Source: a virus (lineage: Duplodnaviria > Caudoviricetes). From it: DNA of 64,000 bases. Below the pieces are notes generated by a model. That model had not been told where the DNA came from, ran no database searches, and was given only the letters and a program-made list of their open reading frames with translations. The position numbers and the translations under genes are program-made. Location: IMG/VR virus record IMGVR_UViG_3300044614_001923, one strand, 5' to 3'. Shown here one piece after another: positions 37,781 to 46,141 of this stretch. The number at the start of each line of letters is the position of its first letter. Within the stretch, counting starts at the first letter, position 1.

Positions 37781-39082
37781 ATGGCTGGATTAGTTAACGG
37801 TCAATTTACAACAAAATCAATACCAAAAACAATTGTAGATAAAAGTGCTACTACAGGAACTAGATCTGTTTCGTATTCATATGGAACAGCTGTAAATCAG
37901 ACTGATTTTAACAATAAAGTTTTGACTGGAGCAAATCCTAATCAAACAGCTATTGATGTTTATGCAACAACTGGCACAGGAAGAGCGGCACAAAGTCTTG
38001 GAAAAGTCGGAACAACAACAGTAGCAGCAAACGGATCTACTCAGTTTGCTCCAAGTGGAAATTTTAATAAATTACCAGAAGCAGTAAGAAACGATATTTC
38101 AAGCACTGCAGGACAAACTGCAGCTAAGAATGCTATCAATGGGGCTGCGGCTGATGCAAAACTTCAAAACAATTTAACAAGTAAAGCAGGATCGGCGCCT
38201 GGTTCTGCTGCTCCTGCTGCAGCTGCAGGAGCTGCTGGTGCCGCTCCAGGCGTAGCGCCTGCATCTGCAGCAAATTTGCCAGGAACTGGATTTGGTGCAG
38301 AAACTGCAAGTGGAGGTGGAGGAAGATATCCGCTAAGAATGAAAGATGATCAAGATTATGTAATGTTTAAAAGTGAGAAGGGTGGATCCGTAGTAATAGG
38401 TATTCAACCAACTATTCAAGATTCAAATAGACAAAACTGGGGAGAAAGTCAATTAAATCCTTTTCAACTTGCAGGTCTTAAATCTGCAAGTAGATTAGTT
38501 GGAGCGGAAGATTATGCTAAGCAAGCTGGAGAGGAAGTTACTAAATTAATGGATGCATTTAAAGCAGCAACTGGAGACCCTATGATGAAGCAAGCTGCAC
38601 AAACATTTTTTGCTGCACAGGCAATGAGTATGGATACAAATCAATTACTTGCTCGTAGTGATGTTGGTATGGGAGTTATTATGAACCCCAACTTAGAATT
38701 AGTTTATACTGGACCATCTCTAAGAACATTTTCTTATACGTTCAAGATGACTCCAAGAGAAGCAGATGAATCTAAAGCAATAAGAAATATTATAAACTTC
38801 TTTAAATCAAATATGGCTCCTAGAGCATCTCAAATGTTCTTCAAAAGACCTTATTATTTTGATATTATATACAAGGGAAAAGGTGCAACAAGTCTTAATT
38901 TAATAAAAGAAAGATGTGCTTTACTAGAATGTAGCGTAAATTACACTCCAGATGGATCTTATATGACTTACGAAGAAGATGGGTCAATGACATCTTTTCA
39001 AGTTACTTTGCAATTCTCAGAGACATCTCCATTAACAGATAAAGATTATGAAGGTGTAAATGATGGACAAATTTTCTATTAA
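37781..39082 (+). CDS. gp48: Baseplate tail tube cap
   Basis: NPNLELVYTGPSLRTFSYTFKMTPREADE..IINFFK..CALLECSVNYTPDG..LQFSET; Ala-rich N-terminal extension. Confidence 0.9.
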   Translation: MAGLVNGQFTTKSIPKTIVDKSATTGTRSVSYSYGTAVNQTDFNNKVLTGANPNQTAIDVYATTGTGRAAQSLGKVGTTTVAANGSTQFAPSGNFNKLPEAVRNDISSTAGQTAAKNAINGAAADAKLQNNLTSKAGSAPGSAAPAAAAGAAGAAPGVAPASAANLPGTGFGAETASGGGGRYPLRMKDDQDYVMFKSEKGGSVVIGIQPTIQDSNRQNWGESQLNPFQLAGLKSASRLVGAEDYAKQAGEEVTKLMDAFKAATGDPMMKQAAQTFFAAQAMSMDTNQLLARSDVGMGVIMNPNLELVYTGPSLRTFSYTFKMTPREADESKAIRNIINFFKSNMAPRASQMFFKRPYYFDIIYKGKGATSLNLIKERCALLECSVNYTPDGSYMTYEEDGSMTSFQVTLQFSETSPLTDKDYEGVNDGQIFY

Positions 39083-39106
39083 TACTAAACTAATCAATTA
39101 ACTAAA

Positions 39107-40171
39107 ATGCCAGGATATTTCGACGGAGTTCCAAATTTTGAATATGTAGATCGTAATCCAGAAAGGAAAAATATTTCTGATTATACTCCTGTGAAAAATT
39201 TATTTAAGCGTGGAAAAATAAGAGATGAAATATTTGGTGATGGGAAATATTTTGATCAGTATATTATTGAGGGAGATGAAAGACCAGATAATACAGCATT
39301 CCAGTTATATGGAGATGACACCTTAGATTGGGTTATTTTACTTTCTAATAATATTCAAAATGTATTATCTGAGTGGCCTATGACTCAGCAAGCACTTGAT
39401 GAATATCTCCTGAGTAAGTACGGAGATTATAATACATTATATAATGGTATTCGTCATTATGAAACAAAAGAAATAAAAAATTCAAAAGATGTTGTTGTTC
39501 TTAAATCTGGAATTAGAACTAGCAATCAGTGGAAAACAAATGGTAGTTGGATAGAGACAAGCACATCTAAACTCCTAGACATTTATTCTGGAAACAGAAC
39601 CAATACATCAACTACTGTAACAGTTGAAGCATATGGTACTGGATTTACTAATCTTAAAGTTGGAGATCAAGTAACTATCGCAAATGTATCTCAAGACATT
39701 TATAACGGACCTCATGTAGTAACTGAACTTGTAGAAGTTAATCAAGTAACTGTCAATGATTATCAAGTTAAAGTTTTCTCATACGAATTGCCAACTGCAC
39801 CTGAAGTACCAGAACCAAAACTGTCTTTTGTTTTAGATAATGAAGGAATACCAGTCGGAAGTCAAGTTGAGGAAATAAGAGTTACCTTATCAAATTCTCC
39901 AATACCTGGAAACGCATACTACTTCGAATATTTTGATAAGATTCTAGAAAAATTAGTACAAGTTCCTTCTACAGAATTTTTAGTTCCAGTGACAAACTAC
40001 GAACATGAAATTCGTTTAGAAGAAAGAAAAAGAATTATCTTTGCATTAAAGAGAGAATATCTTCCAGTATTATTTGATGATATTCAAACTCAGATGGAAT
40101 ATAAAGAAGGGGGAGATCAATATATCAATAGTACCTTGAAACGCGGAGATAACATAAGACTATACGAATGA
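39107..40171 (+). CDS. gp53: Baseplate wedge subunit with internal insertion
   Basis: GDERPDNTAFQLYGD..LDWVILLSNNI..EWPM..YL..KYG..IRHYET; C-terminal NYEHE..E.KR.I..LK.EYL. Confidence 0.9.
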   Translation: MPGYFDGVPNFEYVDRNPERKNISDYTPVKNLFKRGKIRDEIFGDGKYFDQYIIEGDERPDNTAFQLYGDDTLDWVILLSNNIQNVLSEWPMTQQALDEYLLSKYGDYNTLYNGIRHYETKEIKNSKDVVVLKSGIRTSNQWKTNGSWIETSTSKLLDIYSGNRTNTSTTVTVEAYGTGFTNLKVGDQVTIANVSQDIYNGPHVVTELVEVNQVTVNDYQVKVFSYELPTAPEVPEPKLSFVLDNEGIPVGSQVEEIRVTLSNSPIPGNAYYFEYFDKILEKLVQVPSTEFLVPVTNYEHEIRLEERKRIIFALKREYLPVLFDDIQTQMEYKEGGDQYINSTLKRGDNIRLYE

Positions 40172-40197
40172 AAAAGGGGGCATATGCCCCCTTTCTT
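40171..40197. terminator. Bidirectional intrinsic terminator between convergent gp53 and gp32
   Basis: AAAAAGGGGGCATATGCCCCCTTTCTT inverted repeat with A/T tails on both sides. Confidence 0.85.
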
Positions 40198-40202
40198 GTA
40201 GA

Positions 40203-41159
40203 TCACATATCTACAAGTTTACTGAAGTAAGACAGTGCATCTTCTTCATCTTCGTCTACATCATTTTTAGATGTAGGTTCAGGTACAGACTTACTACGTG
40301 CATAAGAGTCTTCAAGTTCCTTCATGACACGGCTTTCAGACGTTTCATTCTGAGAATACGCCTCATAAGATTCCTCTTCTCGTGCAACAGCAGCAACGGC
40401 GGCAGAAGCAGAACTTGATTTTTGCCCCAGAACACCCTTAAGACGTACTTCCAGTTGCTCATAAGTTTTAAATTGAGAGGGAGAAATAATTTCTTCAAGA
40501 GAGTACTCTTTTTTCCAGAGTGCTTCAAGAGCATCATCATCACTAAGAAGAGCACCAGGAGATTCAAACTCAGACTTGTCGTAGTTCCAGTAACCGTCAA
40601 CCTTACGAATCTTCAGTTTAAAGTTAGCACCTTGCCAGAAGTCAAAGGGATTGATGGGAGTTTCATCTTCAAATTCGGGTTGCATCGCTGCCATGATCTT
40701 ATCAAAGATCTTTTTGCCATACTTGAAGAGGAAAACTTTTCCTTCATTTTGAGGATTTACGGGATCTTTTACAACGTAAATGTTTGAGTAAAAACTCAGT
40801 TTACGCTTTTGCTTACGGACAGTCTCCTTATCTTTATCACTACCACTGTTCCACAGTTCGCGGTTGTGCTCAGAGACAGGATCTTTTTGTCCAATGGTGG
40901 TGAGAGAATTCTCAATATACCATCCACCAGTACCTTGGAAAGCATGAGTGTAGAGTTTCACCCAAGGAAGTTCCTCATTTTCAGGTGCAGGTAGAAAACG
41001 GATAACTGCATATCCATTGCCAGTTTTATCAAGTTCGGGTTTCCAGAGACGCTCATCAGCACCTCCACCAGAAGTGTTATTTACCTTTTCCACTTCTTTA
41101 ACAAGTTTAGCAGTCAAACTGCCAAGAGAAGATTGCTTCTTAAGATTTTCGAAAGACAT
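40203..41159 (-). CDS. gp32: Single-stranded DNA-binding protein
   Basis: GNGYAVIRFLPAP..WYIENSLTTIG.KDPV..GKKIFDKI..NFKLKI..NYDKSEF; acidic tail. Confidence 0.95.
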   Translation of the reverse strand: MSFENLKKQSSLGSLTAKLVKEVEKVNNTSGGGADERLWKPELDKTGNGYAVIRFLPAPENEELPWVKLYTHAFQGTGGWYIENSLTTIGQKDPVSEHNRELWNSGSDKDKETVRKQKRKLSFYSNIYVVKDPVNPQNEGKVFLFKYGKKIFDKIMAAMQPEFEDETPINPFDFWQGANFKLKIRKVDGYWNYDKSEFESPGALLSDDDALEALWKKEYSLEEIISPSQFKTYEQLEVRLKGVLGQKSSSASAAVAAVAREEESYEAYSQNETSESRVMKELEDSYARSKSVPEPTSKNDVDEDEEDALSYFSKLVDM

Positions 41160-41204
41160 TTGTGTACCTCGGATTAATTGGATTTGGCTTTTGTGTACCC
41201 CGTT

Positions 41205-41233
41205 ATTCTAGGAGTCAGACCCAGTTTTGTCAA
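41205..41233 (-). promoter_or_regulatory. Sigma70 promoter for gp32
   Basis: TTGACA, 17 nt, TAGAAT. Confidence 0.8.
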
Positions 41234-41552
41234 TCTGTTCGCGCATGACCTGGATCAGGGAGGACATATTGTTAAAGATAACATTCATATCCACATTAGG
41301 GGGTAATCCCATCATGGTCGCTGAATGAGATATCTTTTCTTTCATTTCTTTTGCTTTTGGATCATCAGATAAACTTAATCTAGTGTATAAGATTTTTTGC
41401 TTATCTAAAAGTCTTTGCAAAAGATCAACATGATGAATTTTTTCATCACTATTCATTCTAACAAATTCAAATACATTTTTATAAATTGCCTCTTGAAGTT
41501 CAGATATTTCTGTAAGTTCAGCGCGGACAACCTCAGAATCGAAAAAACTCAT
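41208..41552 (-). CDS. Conserved cyanophage protein (DUF1825-like)
   Basis: MSFFDSEVVRAEL..Q...YTRLSLSDDP.A; located between gp59 and gp32. Confidence 0.7.
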   Translation of the reverse strand: MSFFDSEVVRAELTEISELQEAIYKNVFEFVRMNSDEKIHHVDLLQRLLDKQKILYTRLSLSDDPKAKEMKEKISHSATMMGLPPNVDMNVIFNNMSSLIQVMREQIDKTGSDS

Positions 41553-42139
41553 AAAAGAGACTCCTTTAAAATTTTTTTATAACGAAATACATCAATATTT
41601 AGAAATGGCGTGTACTTGTTTAATTTCATAGAAACGATCTGCCATATTGGATCCTCAAGTTTTTTGTCAAAATGTTTTTTATATCCAAGAATTTTCTCAA
41701 GTATAAGCAAAGTCTCTAAAGATAAATTACCTTGAAGGTGTTTTTTTAGAATAATAGGATGTCTGTTGTTTTCTATTTTAAAAAATTCATCAAAATTTTG
41801 ACCCGAAAAAATAGATTCAACCTCTTCTTTAAAAAGATAAGAAAGAGATTGAATCTTTTTAGACCATTCTTTATGCTTTTCTTCCCCGTTTCTTATAATT
41901 TCTCCAATCCATAATGATTGAGGATCACTACAAGAAACAAAATTAGAAACAAAAAATGCTTCTATTTCTTTATCAGTTTTTTGTCTGGATAGTTTTTCAT
42001 AGAAAAATCTATCTTTTCTTTTATAAAAGGATTCTAAACTTGCTCTTGTTTTACCACAATACTTGTGATAATCGTAATTATTTTTAGTAAAATGATTTTT
42101 TAAAGATAAGTATAATTTATAACAATCAAATGGTGTCAT
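41549..42139 (-). CDS. gp59: Helicase loader
   Basis: YKLYLSLKNHFT..YDYHKY.GK..F.KRKDRFFYEKLS. Confidence 0.9.
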   Translation of the reverse strand: MTPFDCYKLYLSLKNHFTKNNYDYHKYCGKTRASLESFYKRKDRFFYEKLSRQKTDKEIEAFFVSNFVSCSDPQSLWIGEIIRNGEEKHKEWSKKIQSLSYLFKEEVESIFSGQNFDEFFKIENNRHPIILKKHLQGNLSLETLLILEKILGYKKHFDKKLEDPIWQIVSMKLNKYTPFLNIDVFRYKKILKESLL

Positions 42140-42412
42140 TTAGAATACTAATTTTGCTCTAGATGTTTTCTTCAAAAAATTTAATTCCATTGCTTCATAT
42201 TTAATTTTTTCTTTCAATGGTTTTGGAATTAGTTTAGGAACTGATTCTAAATCAATACTATTCTTTTCACAGAAAAATACAATGGCATCAATGTAATTCA
42301 TATCCTCATTATTGAGGACAAGCTTTTCAATTTCTTGTGCAAATTTAGACGGGCAAAAAAACTTGCTTTCTAATACCTTTTCTAACTCTTGTTGATTGAA
42401 ATTATTCTCCAT
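42140..42412 (-). CDS. gp33: Late promoter transcription co-activator
   Basis: FAQEIEKLV..YIDAIV.FCE.NSIDLESVPKLI.KPLKEKIK.EA.ELNFL; start taken at MENN. Confidence 0.85.
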   Translation of the reverse strand: MENNFNQQELEKVLESKFFCPSKFAQEIEKLVLNNEDMNYIDAIVFFCEKNSIDLESVPKLIPKPLKEKIKYEAMELNFLKKTSRAKLVF

Positions 42413-42462
42413 AAGTTCTAATAGTGTTATTTGCAAATTAATTCACCCGTAATTCTTTTACG

Positions 42463-42491
42463 ATTTTACCAGTTAAGACATATAAAGTCAA
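42463..42491 (-). promoter_or_regulatory. Sigma70 promoter with extended -10, upstream of gp33
   Basis: TTGACT, 17 nt, (TGg)TAAAAT. Confidence 0.7.
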
Positions 42492-43162
42492 GAAACCTGA
42501 TTTGTTTTATCAGAAACAAATTTTTTAATATACTTTGTCAAAAGTCTAATGTGTTTTTCTTTGTCCCGCTCTTCATAAACTTCAACTTCTCCATTTTCAC
42601 ATGCCATAATGATTACAAATTTTTTAACTGAAAGACCAGTTAATTCATGAAGCATACACGCATATGCACAACATTGAACAAAATACCCTTCAATCCAATC
42701 TCTTGGCTTTGGTTGTTTTGATGTTTTGAAATCAATGATTGAAAGTTCCCCATCAAATTCTGCAATACAGTCTACTGTTCCTGCGATTCCTAAGAACTTG
42801 CTATAAAGAGATCCTTCAAGAGCGTGAATATTATTTATACGATTTAAAGCTGGCTTAGCAATTTTAAATAACATCTCAGATAAAGGTTGAACTGTAGGAA
42901 GTTCTTCATTTTTAAGATGATGTTCCACAAGTGTGTGCATATCTGTTCCACGACTTGTTGCTTTTTTTGTAATCTTATCTGCTTCCTCTAGACCAACTCT
43001 TTTTCTCCATTTATTAAAGAATTCTTTTTTATAATTACTTGTGACTGAAGTAATAGAAACAAACTCCAGAGGAGAATTTTCCTCTGGAATCTTATAGTAA
43101 CGAACTCCATCAATCAATACCCTCTCAAGAGAAGGAAGATTCAATTCAATATGATTAAACAT
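42488..43162 (-). CDS. PD-(D/E)XK exonuclease (Cas4/lambda-exo-like)
   Basis: SITSV..RGTDMH..E..L....AGTVDCIAE..IIDFKTS..YFVQ..AYA. Confidence 0.9.
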   Translation of the reverse strand: MFNHIELNLPSLERVLIDGVRYYKIPEENSPLEFVSITSVTSNYKKEFFNKWRKRVGLEEADKITKKATSRGTDMHTLVEHHLKNEELPTVQPLSEMLFKIAKPALNRINNIHALEGSLYSKFLGIAGTVDCIAEFDGELSIIDFKTSKQPKPRDWIEGYFVQCCAYACMLHELTGLSVKKFVIIMACENGEVEVYEERDKEKHIRLLTKYIKKFVSDKTNQVS

Positions 43163-43917
43163 CAGAATCCCAATTCCATTTTTGTAATAAGATATTCTTT
43201 ACAGATTCCTGAGCGTACAATATCCTCAACGCCAAATTCAATAGTATCAAATGATGGCATGATATTAAGAATTCTCATGAAATCGACAATACCATTCTTC
43301 TCGTTTGTTTTGACTAAATCAGTCTGAGTGGCATCTCCACAGAACATAATTTTAGAATCTTCGCCAACTCGAGTAATAATAGAATCAAGTTCATGAAAGT
43401 TTAGATTCTGAAACTCATCTACAATAATAATAGATTTGTCAAGAGTAGTACCTCTGATAAAAGATGTGCTCCAAAAACTAATAGTACCTTGAGTTTTTAG
43501 ACTACCATAAAGCATCTCAAAAGAAGCATCATCTGGCATATAGAACATATACTTGACCATGTTCTTGTATGGTATCTGATAGATATCAGACTTATCTTCA
43601 TGACTTCCTGGAAGAAATCCAATTTCTCTAGTTGCTACTAAAGATCTTACAATATAGATCTTTTCATATGGACTATTCTCATCTAGTACATCTTGAAGAG
43701 CATTGTAGAGAGTGATAAATGTTTTACCTGTTCCAGCGCACCCATATGCCACAATATTTTTATTGTCTGCATATGATTTAAATAAGGATTCTTGATTGTC
43801 TGTGAGAGGTTCAATATCTCTCATCAACTCAAGATTGATTGGTTTTTTGCGCTTCATTTGTTTTGCTGTCATACCAACCCCAATAGGTTGATCAGAACCT
43901 CTCCTTCTTCTTGCCAT
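43162..43917 (-). CDS. phoH: PhoH-family ATPase
   Basis: GCAGTGKT Walker A; IGFLPG; SFIRGTT; IIVDEFQN; MFCGD..QTDL. Confidence 0.95.
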   Translation of the reverse strand: MARRRRGSDQPIGVGMTAKQMKRKKPINLELMRDIEPLTDNQESLFKSYADNKNIVAYGCAGTGKTFITLYNALQDVLDENSPYEKIYIVRSLVATREIGFLPGSHEDKSDIYQIPYKNMVKYMFYMPDDASFEMLYGSLKTQGTISFWSTSFIRGTTLDKSIIIVDEFQNLNFHELDSIITRVGEDSKIMFCGDATQTDLVKTNEKNGIVDFMRILNIMPSFDTIEFGVEDIVRSGICKEYLITKMELGF

Positions 43918-43925
43918 ACTTTTTT

Positions 43926-44171
43926 TTAGTTAATTGGTTTTACTTTTGATCCAGGAACTTGAGATGCCTTATGAAGAACATCATTCCAACCAGGATTTTT
44001 CTTAATCAATTTATCTTTCCATTCGCCAATTTCACCAACACTGGCACAACCTTTTGACCAATCTTTGTCCCAATCTGGATTATCTTTTCTCCATTGTTCA
44101 TAGGATGCAACTGTCATTACAAGTTCTTGAGTCTCGCCAGTATTGTTATTGATAACAGGATATGTAGGCAT
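43926..44171 (-). CDS. Small conserved protein (FmdB-like N-terminus without Zn ligands)
   Basis: MPTYPVIN..TGE; GWNDVLHK..PGSKV; typically found between thyX and phoH. Confidence 0.7.
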   Translation of the reverse strand: MPTYPVINNNTGETQELVMTVASYEQWRKDNPDWDKDWSKGCASVGEIGEWKDKLIKKNPGWNDVLHKASQVPGSKVKPIN

Positions 44172-44195
44172 AATTTTATATGATGTATGTGCTAT

Positions 44196-44882
44196 TTATT
44201 GAATTATAATGGAGGGAGGATCTACACACTCTGAACAACCATCACGGAACCATCCAAGTGCTTCAGATACTGCTGGAAATTGGCATGTAAAGATACACTT
44301 TGCTTCATTCGCAATATCCATGTGTTCCTTCTGTGTACCGTGTCCAGAACGCAAATCAATGTAATGTATCCATGACCTGACTGAGCCTGTCATGTAGAGT
44401 CTTGTGGGCACTGCTAAGGGCAATACAAACCTTGCACACTCCTTTGCAATTCCATCATTCAACATATCTTGATATAGTTTCATTGCTTCACCAAAATGAT
44501 GCTGCATTAGAATTTGATATTTTTGAATAACATATGGATCTACATCATCAATACTATTCTGGCGATTCTTAGTATCTTGGCGACGTAGTTCGGGAACTGG
44601 AATGCTTCCCAGTAAAGAACTATCAGCATACCGCTGTGAAAATTCTTGATATGTAAATGAACGGTGGCGCAAAATTTGAGCTGCCAGACCACGAGTAGTA
44701 TTAATCTCAAGAGTCATTGTTGCCTGCTCAAAAATACTCCAGTGCTGATGCTGAATGCAATACTTAAGCAGTCCAGAAAATTTTTCATTATCCTGATTAG
44801 CAGGGTTACTTACCCGAGCACAATATGCCATATGTTTTTCTGCATCTGGCGTTACAGAAATAAGTTTAACGCTTTGGTTCAT
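44196..44882 (-). CDS. thyX: Flavin-dependent thymidylate synthase
   Basis: HWSIFE..QILRHRSFTYQEFSQRYA..ECARFVLP..R...GTQKEH; start at MNQS (ATGA overlap). Confidence 0.95.
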   Translation of the reverse strand: MNQSVKLISVTPDAEKHMAYCARVSNPANQDNEKFSGLLKYCIQHQHWSIFEQATMTLEINTTRGLAAQILRHRSFTYQEFSQRYADSSLLGSIPVPELRRQDTKNRQNSIDDVDPYVIQKYQILMQHHFGEAMKLYQDMLNDGIAKECARFVLPLAVPTRLYMTGSVRSWIHYIDLRSGHGTQKEHMDIANEAKCIFTCQFPAVSEALGWFRDGCSECVDPPSIIIQ

Positions 44883-45067
44883 TCTTTTTCCTCCCAATAC
44901 TCTCTTTCTTTTTTGCGTAGTTTTTTCAATTCCTTCATCATTTCCTTAATCTCTTGATATGCAACTTCGGGAGACATCTTATCTGACACTTCAAGTCCAA
45001 CAATATATTGAACTTTATCTCCAAACCTAGCAAGTGCTCTTTCAAAAGCAGTTAAATCTTCATACAT
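44879..45067 (-). CDS. Hypothetical protein (62 aa)
   Basis: MYEDLTAFERALARFGDKV; coupled at both ends. Confidence 0.75.
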   Translation of the reverse strand: MYEDLTAFERALARFGDKVQYIVGLEVSDKMSPEVAYQEIKEMMKELKKLRKKEREYWEEKE

Positions 45068-45234
45068 TAGATTTCCTCAGATGGATCATAATACTCAACA
45101 TCATCATCAACATAGGGAGTAATTTCTTCATACTCATAAAGTGAATCAAGATTAGAACCTTCGAGTTCTTCTTTTAAGGCATTAAGATTTGATTCAATTT
45201 CTTCAATTAGTTCAAATACTTTCTTTGTATTCAT
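45067..45234 (-). CDS. Small acidic hypothetical protein (55 aa)
   Basis: Not in the track; MNTKKVFELIEEIESNLNALKEELEGSNLDSLYEYEEITPYVDDDVEYYDPSEEI; TAATG coupling. Confidence 0.7.
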   Translation of the reverse strand: MNTKKVFELIEEIESNLNALKEELEGSNLDSLYEYEEITPYVDDDVEYYDPSEEI

Positions 45235-45257
45235 CTTGAATTAAATAGTCCCAATAT

Positions 45258-45286
45258 ATTCTACACAAAAAAAGAGGGGGAGTCAA
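45258..45286 (-). promoter_or_regulatory. Sigma70 promoter embedded in the terminator hairpin
   Basis: TTGACT (in the terminator loop), 17 nt, TAGAAT. Confidence 0.7.
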
Positions 45287-45296
45287 TCCCCCCTCT
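45267..45296 (-). terminator. Intrinsic terminator closing the riboswitch operon
   Basis: Minus strand AGAGGGGGGATTGACTCCCCCTCTTTTTTTG. Confidence 0.9.
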
Positions 45297-45324
45297 GATT
45301 TAAATATTTTTTCAAACCATTGCA

Positions 45325-45390
45325 CTAGATGAATACGATTGGTCTATTGTCCTTGTCTGTATCATCATAGTGATAATGGTAATCTTGCAT
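45325..45390 (-). CDS. Micro-ORF (21 aa), possibly a truncated remnant
   Basis: MQDYHYHYDDTDKDNRPIVFI; TAATG coupling to the 32-aa ORF. Confidence 0.4.
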   Translation of the reverse strand: MQDYHYHYDDTDKDNRPIVFI

Positions 45391-45488
45391 TACTTATTTC
45401 CAATAAGTTGTGCAAGTGATGCCTGGTGACGACGATTCTCCTTTTGTTTCTGCTCTTTGATGAGTTGAAGTACGTTGAGTTTTTTCAT
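45390..45488 (-). CDS. Basic micro-protein (32 aa)
   Basis: MKKLNVLQLIKEQKQKENRRHQASLAQLIGNK; TGATG coupling; GGAGG 8 nt upstream. Confidence 0.65.
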   Translation of the reverse strand: MKKLNVLQLIKEQKQKENRRHQASLAQLIGNK

Positions 45489-45625
45489 CACTTATGACCC
45501 TCCTTAGTGTACTTAACTCCGCGATAAACTTCGTTGTACTGTTGAGGTTGCTGCATCATTTGCTGTTGATACTCAAGACGCTTTTGCGTATCGTATTCAA
45601 CACCGCGATATACTACTTTAGACAT
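45488..45625 (-). CDS. DUF4278-type small protein (45 aa)
   Basis: MSKVVYRGVEYD...EVYRGVKY with two YRGV motifs; GGAGG SD; directly downstream of the glutamine riboswitch-like RNA. Confidence 0.8.
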   Translation of the reverse strand: MSKVVYRGVEYDTQKRLEYQQQMMQQPQQYNEVYRGVKYTKEGHK

Positions 45626-45639
45626 TAGGATTTCCTCCA

Positions 45640-45751
45640 GAATGAGATGATTAGTCCCGTTCCTTCGGGCGGTTTGCGTTTGCTATTTGCAAATAGCAAA
45701 TGAACGTTCCGTTCCGCCGTCCTACTTGCGTCCAGTTTCCTGGATGAACGT
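45640..45751 (-). promoter_or_regulatory. Tandem glutamine riboswitch-like leader (glnA / Downstream-peptide family)
   Basis: Two units CGTTC-A-hairpin-CGCA...GAACG (P1 = CGTTC/GAACG); the second ends GAAG-GAACG-GG...TCTCAT; DUF4278 downstream. Confidence 0.75.
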
Positions 45752-45757
45752 AAGGTC

Positions 45758-45786
45758 ATTATAGACCCATTACAATATCTATTCAA
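45758..45786 (-). promoter_or_regulatory. Sigma70 promoter for the riboswitch operon
   Basis: TTGAAT, 17 nt, TATAAT; predicted +1 falls at the first aptamer base. Confidence 0.8.
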
Positions 45787-45813
45787 GTAAATTTGTAAAT
45801 TACGATACAAATA

Positions 45814-46140
45814 TTATCTTTCGATATAACTTAAAGTATGACTCTGAGCATAAAGTTGTTGAATGATAATATCACAACCAATTTTAGGATTGCAATCTCC
45901 ACAAGTATAAACATCCACAGCTGCCTTACCATCCTCAGGCCAGGTGTGGATGCTAATATGACTCTCTGAAAGTAAGCAAAGTACGGTAACACCCTGAGGG
46001 TCAAATTTTTTAGATATTGTTTGTACTACGGTAGCGCCACTTGCTACTGCTGCATTTTCCAGTAGATCTATAAGACAACGTTCATCGTCTAAAAGGACAA
46101 ATGAACATCCGTACAGATTTAACAAGTAGTGCTTTCCCAT
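45814..46140 (-). CDS. speD: S-adenosylmethionine decarboxylase proenzyme
   Basis: MGKHYLLNLYGC..F.PQGVT...LSESHISIHTWPE...VDVYTCG (pyruvoyl cleavage at E-S). Confidence 0.95.
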   Translation of the reverse strand: MGKHYLLNLYGCSFVLLDDERCLIDLLENAAVASGATVVQTISKKFDPQGVTVLCLLSESHISIHTWPEDGKAAVDVYTCGDCNPKIGCDIIIQQLYAQSHTLSYIER

Positions 46141-46141
46141 C

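Noticed and set aside
42488-43162. Cas4-like nuclease as a sign of a CRISPR system
   Set aside because: No array or other cas gene; this exonuclease sits in its usual place beside phoH in T4-like cyanophages
45625-45810. 61-aa minus-strand ORF in the track
   Set aside because: Runs across the promoter and riboswitch, has no SD or motif; better explained as structured RNA
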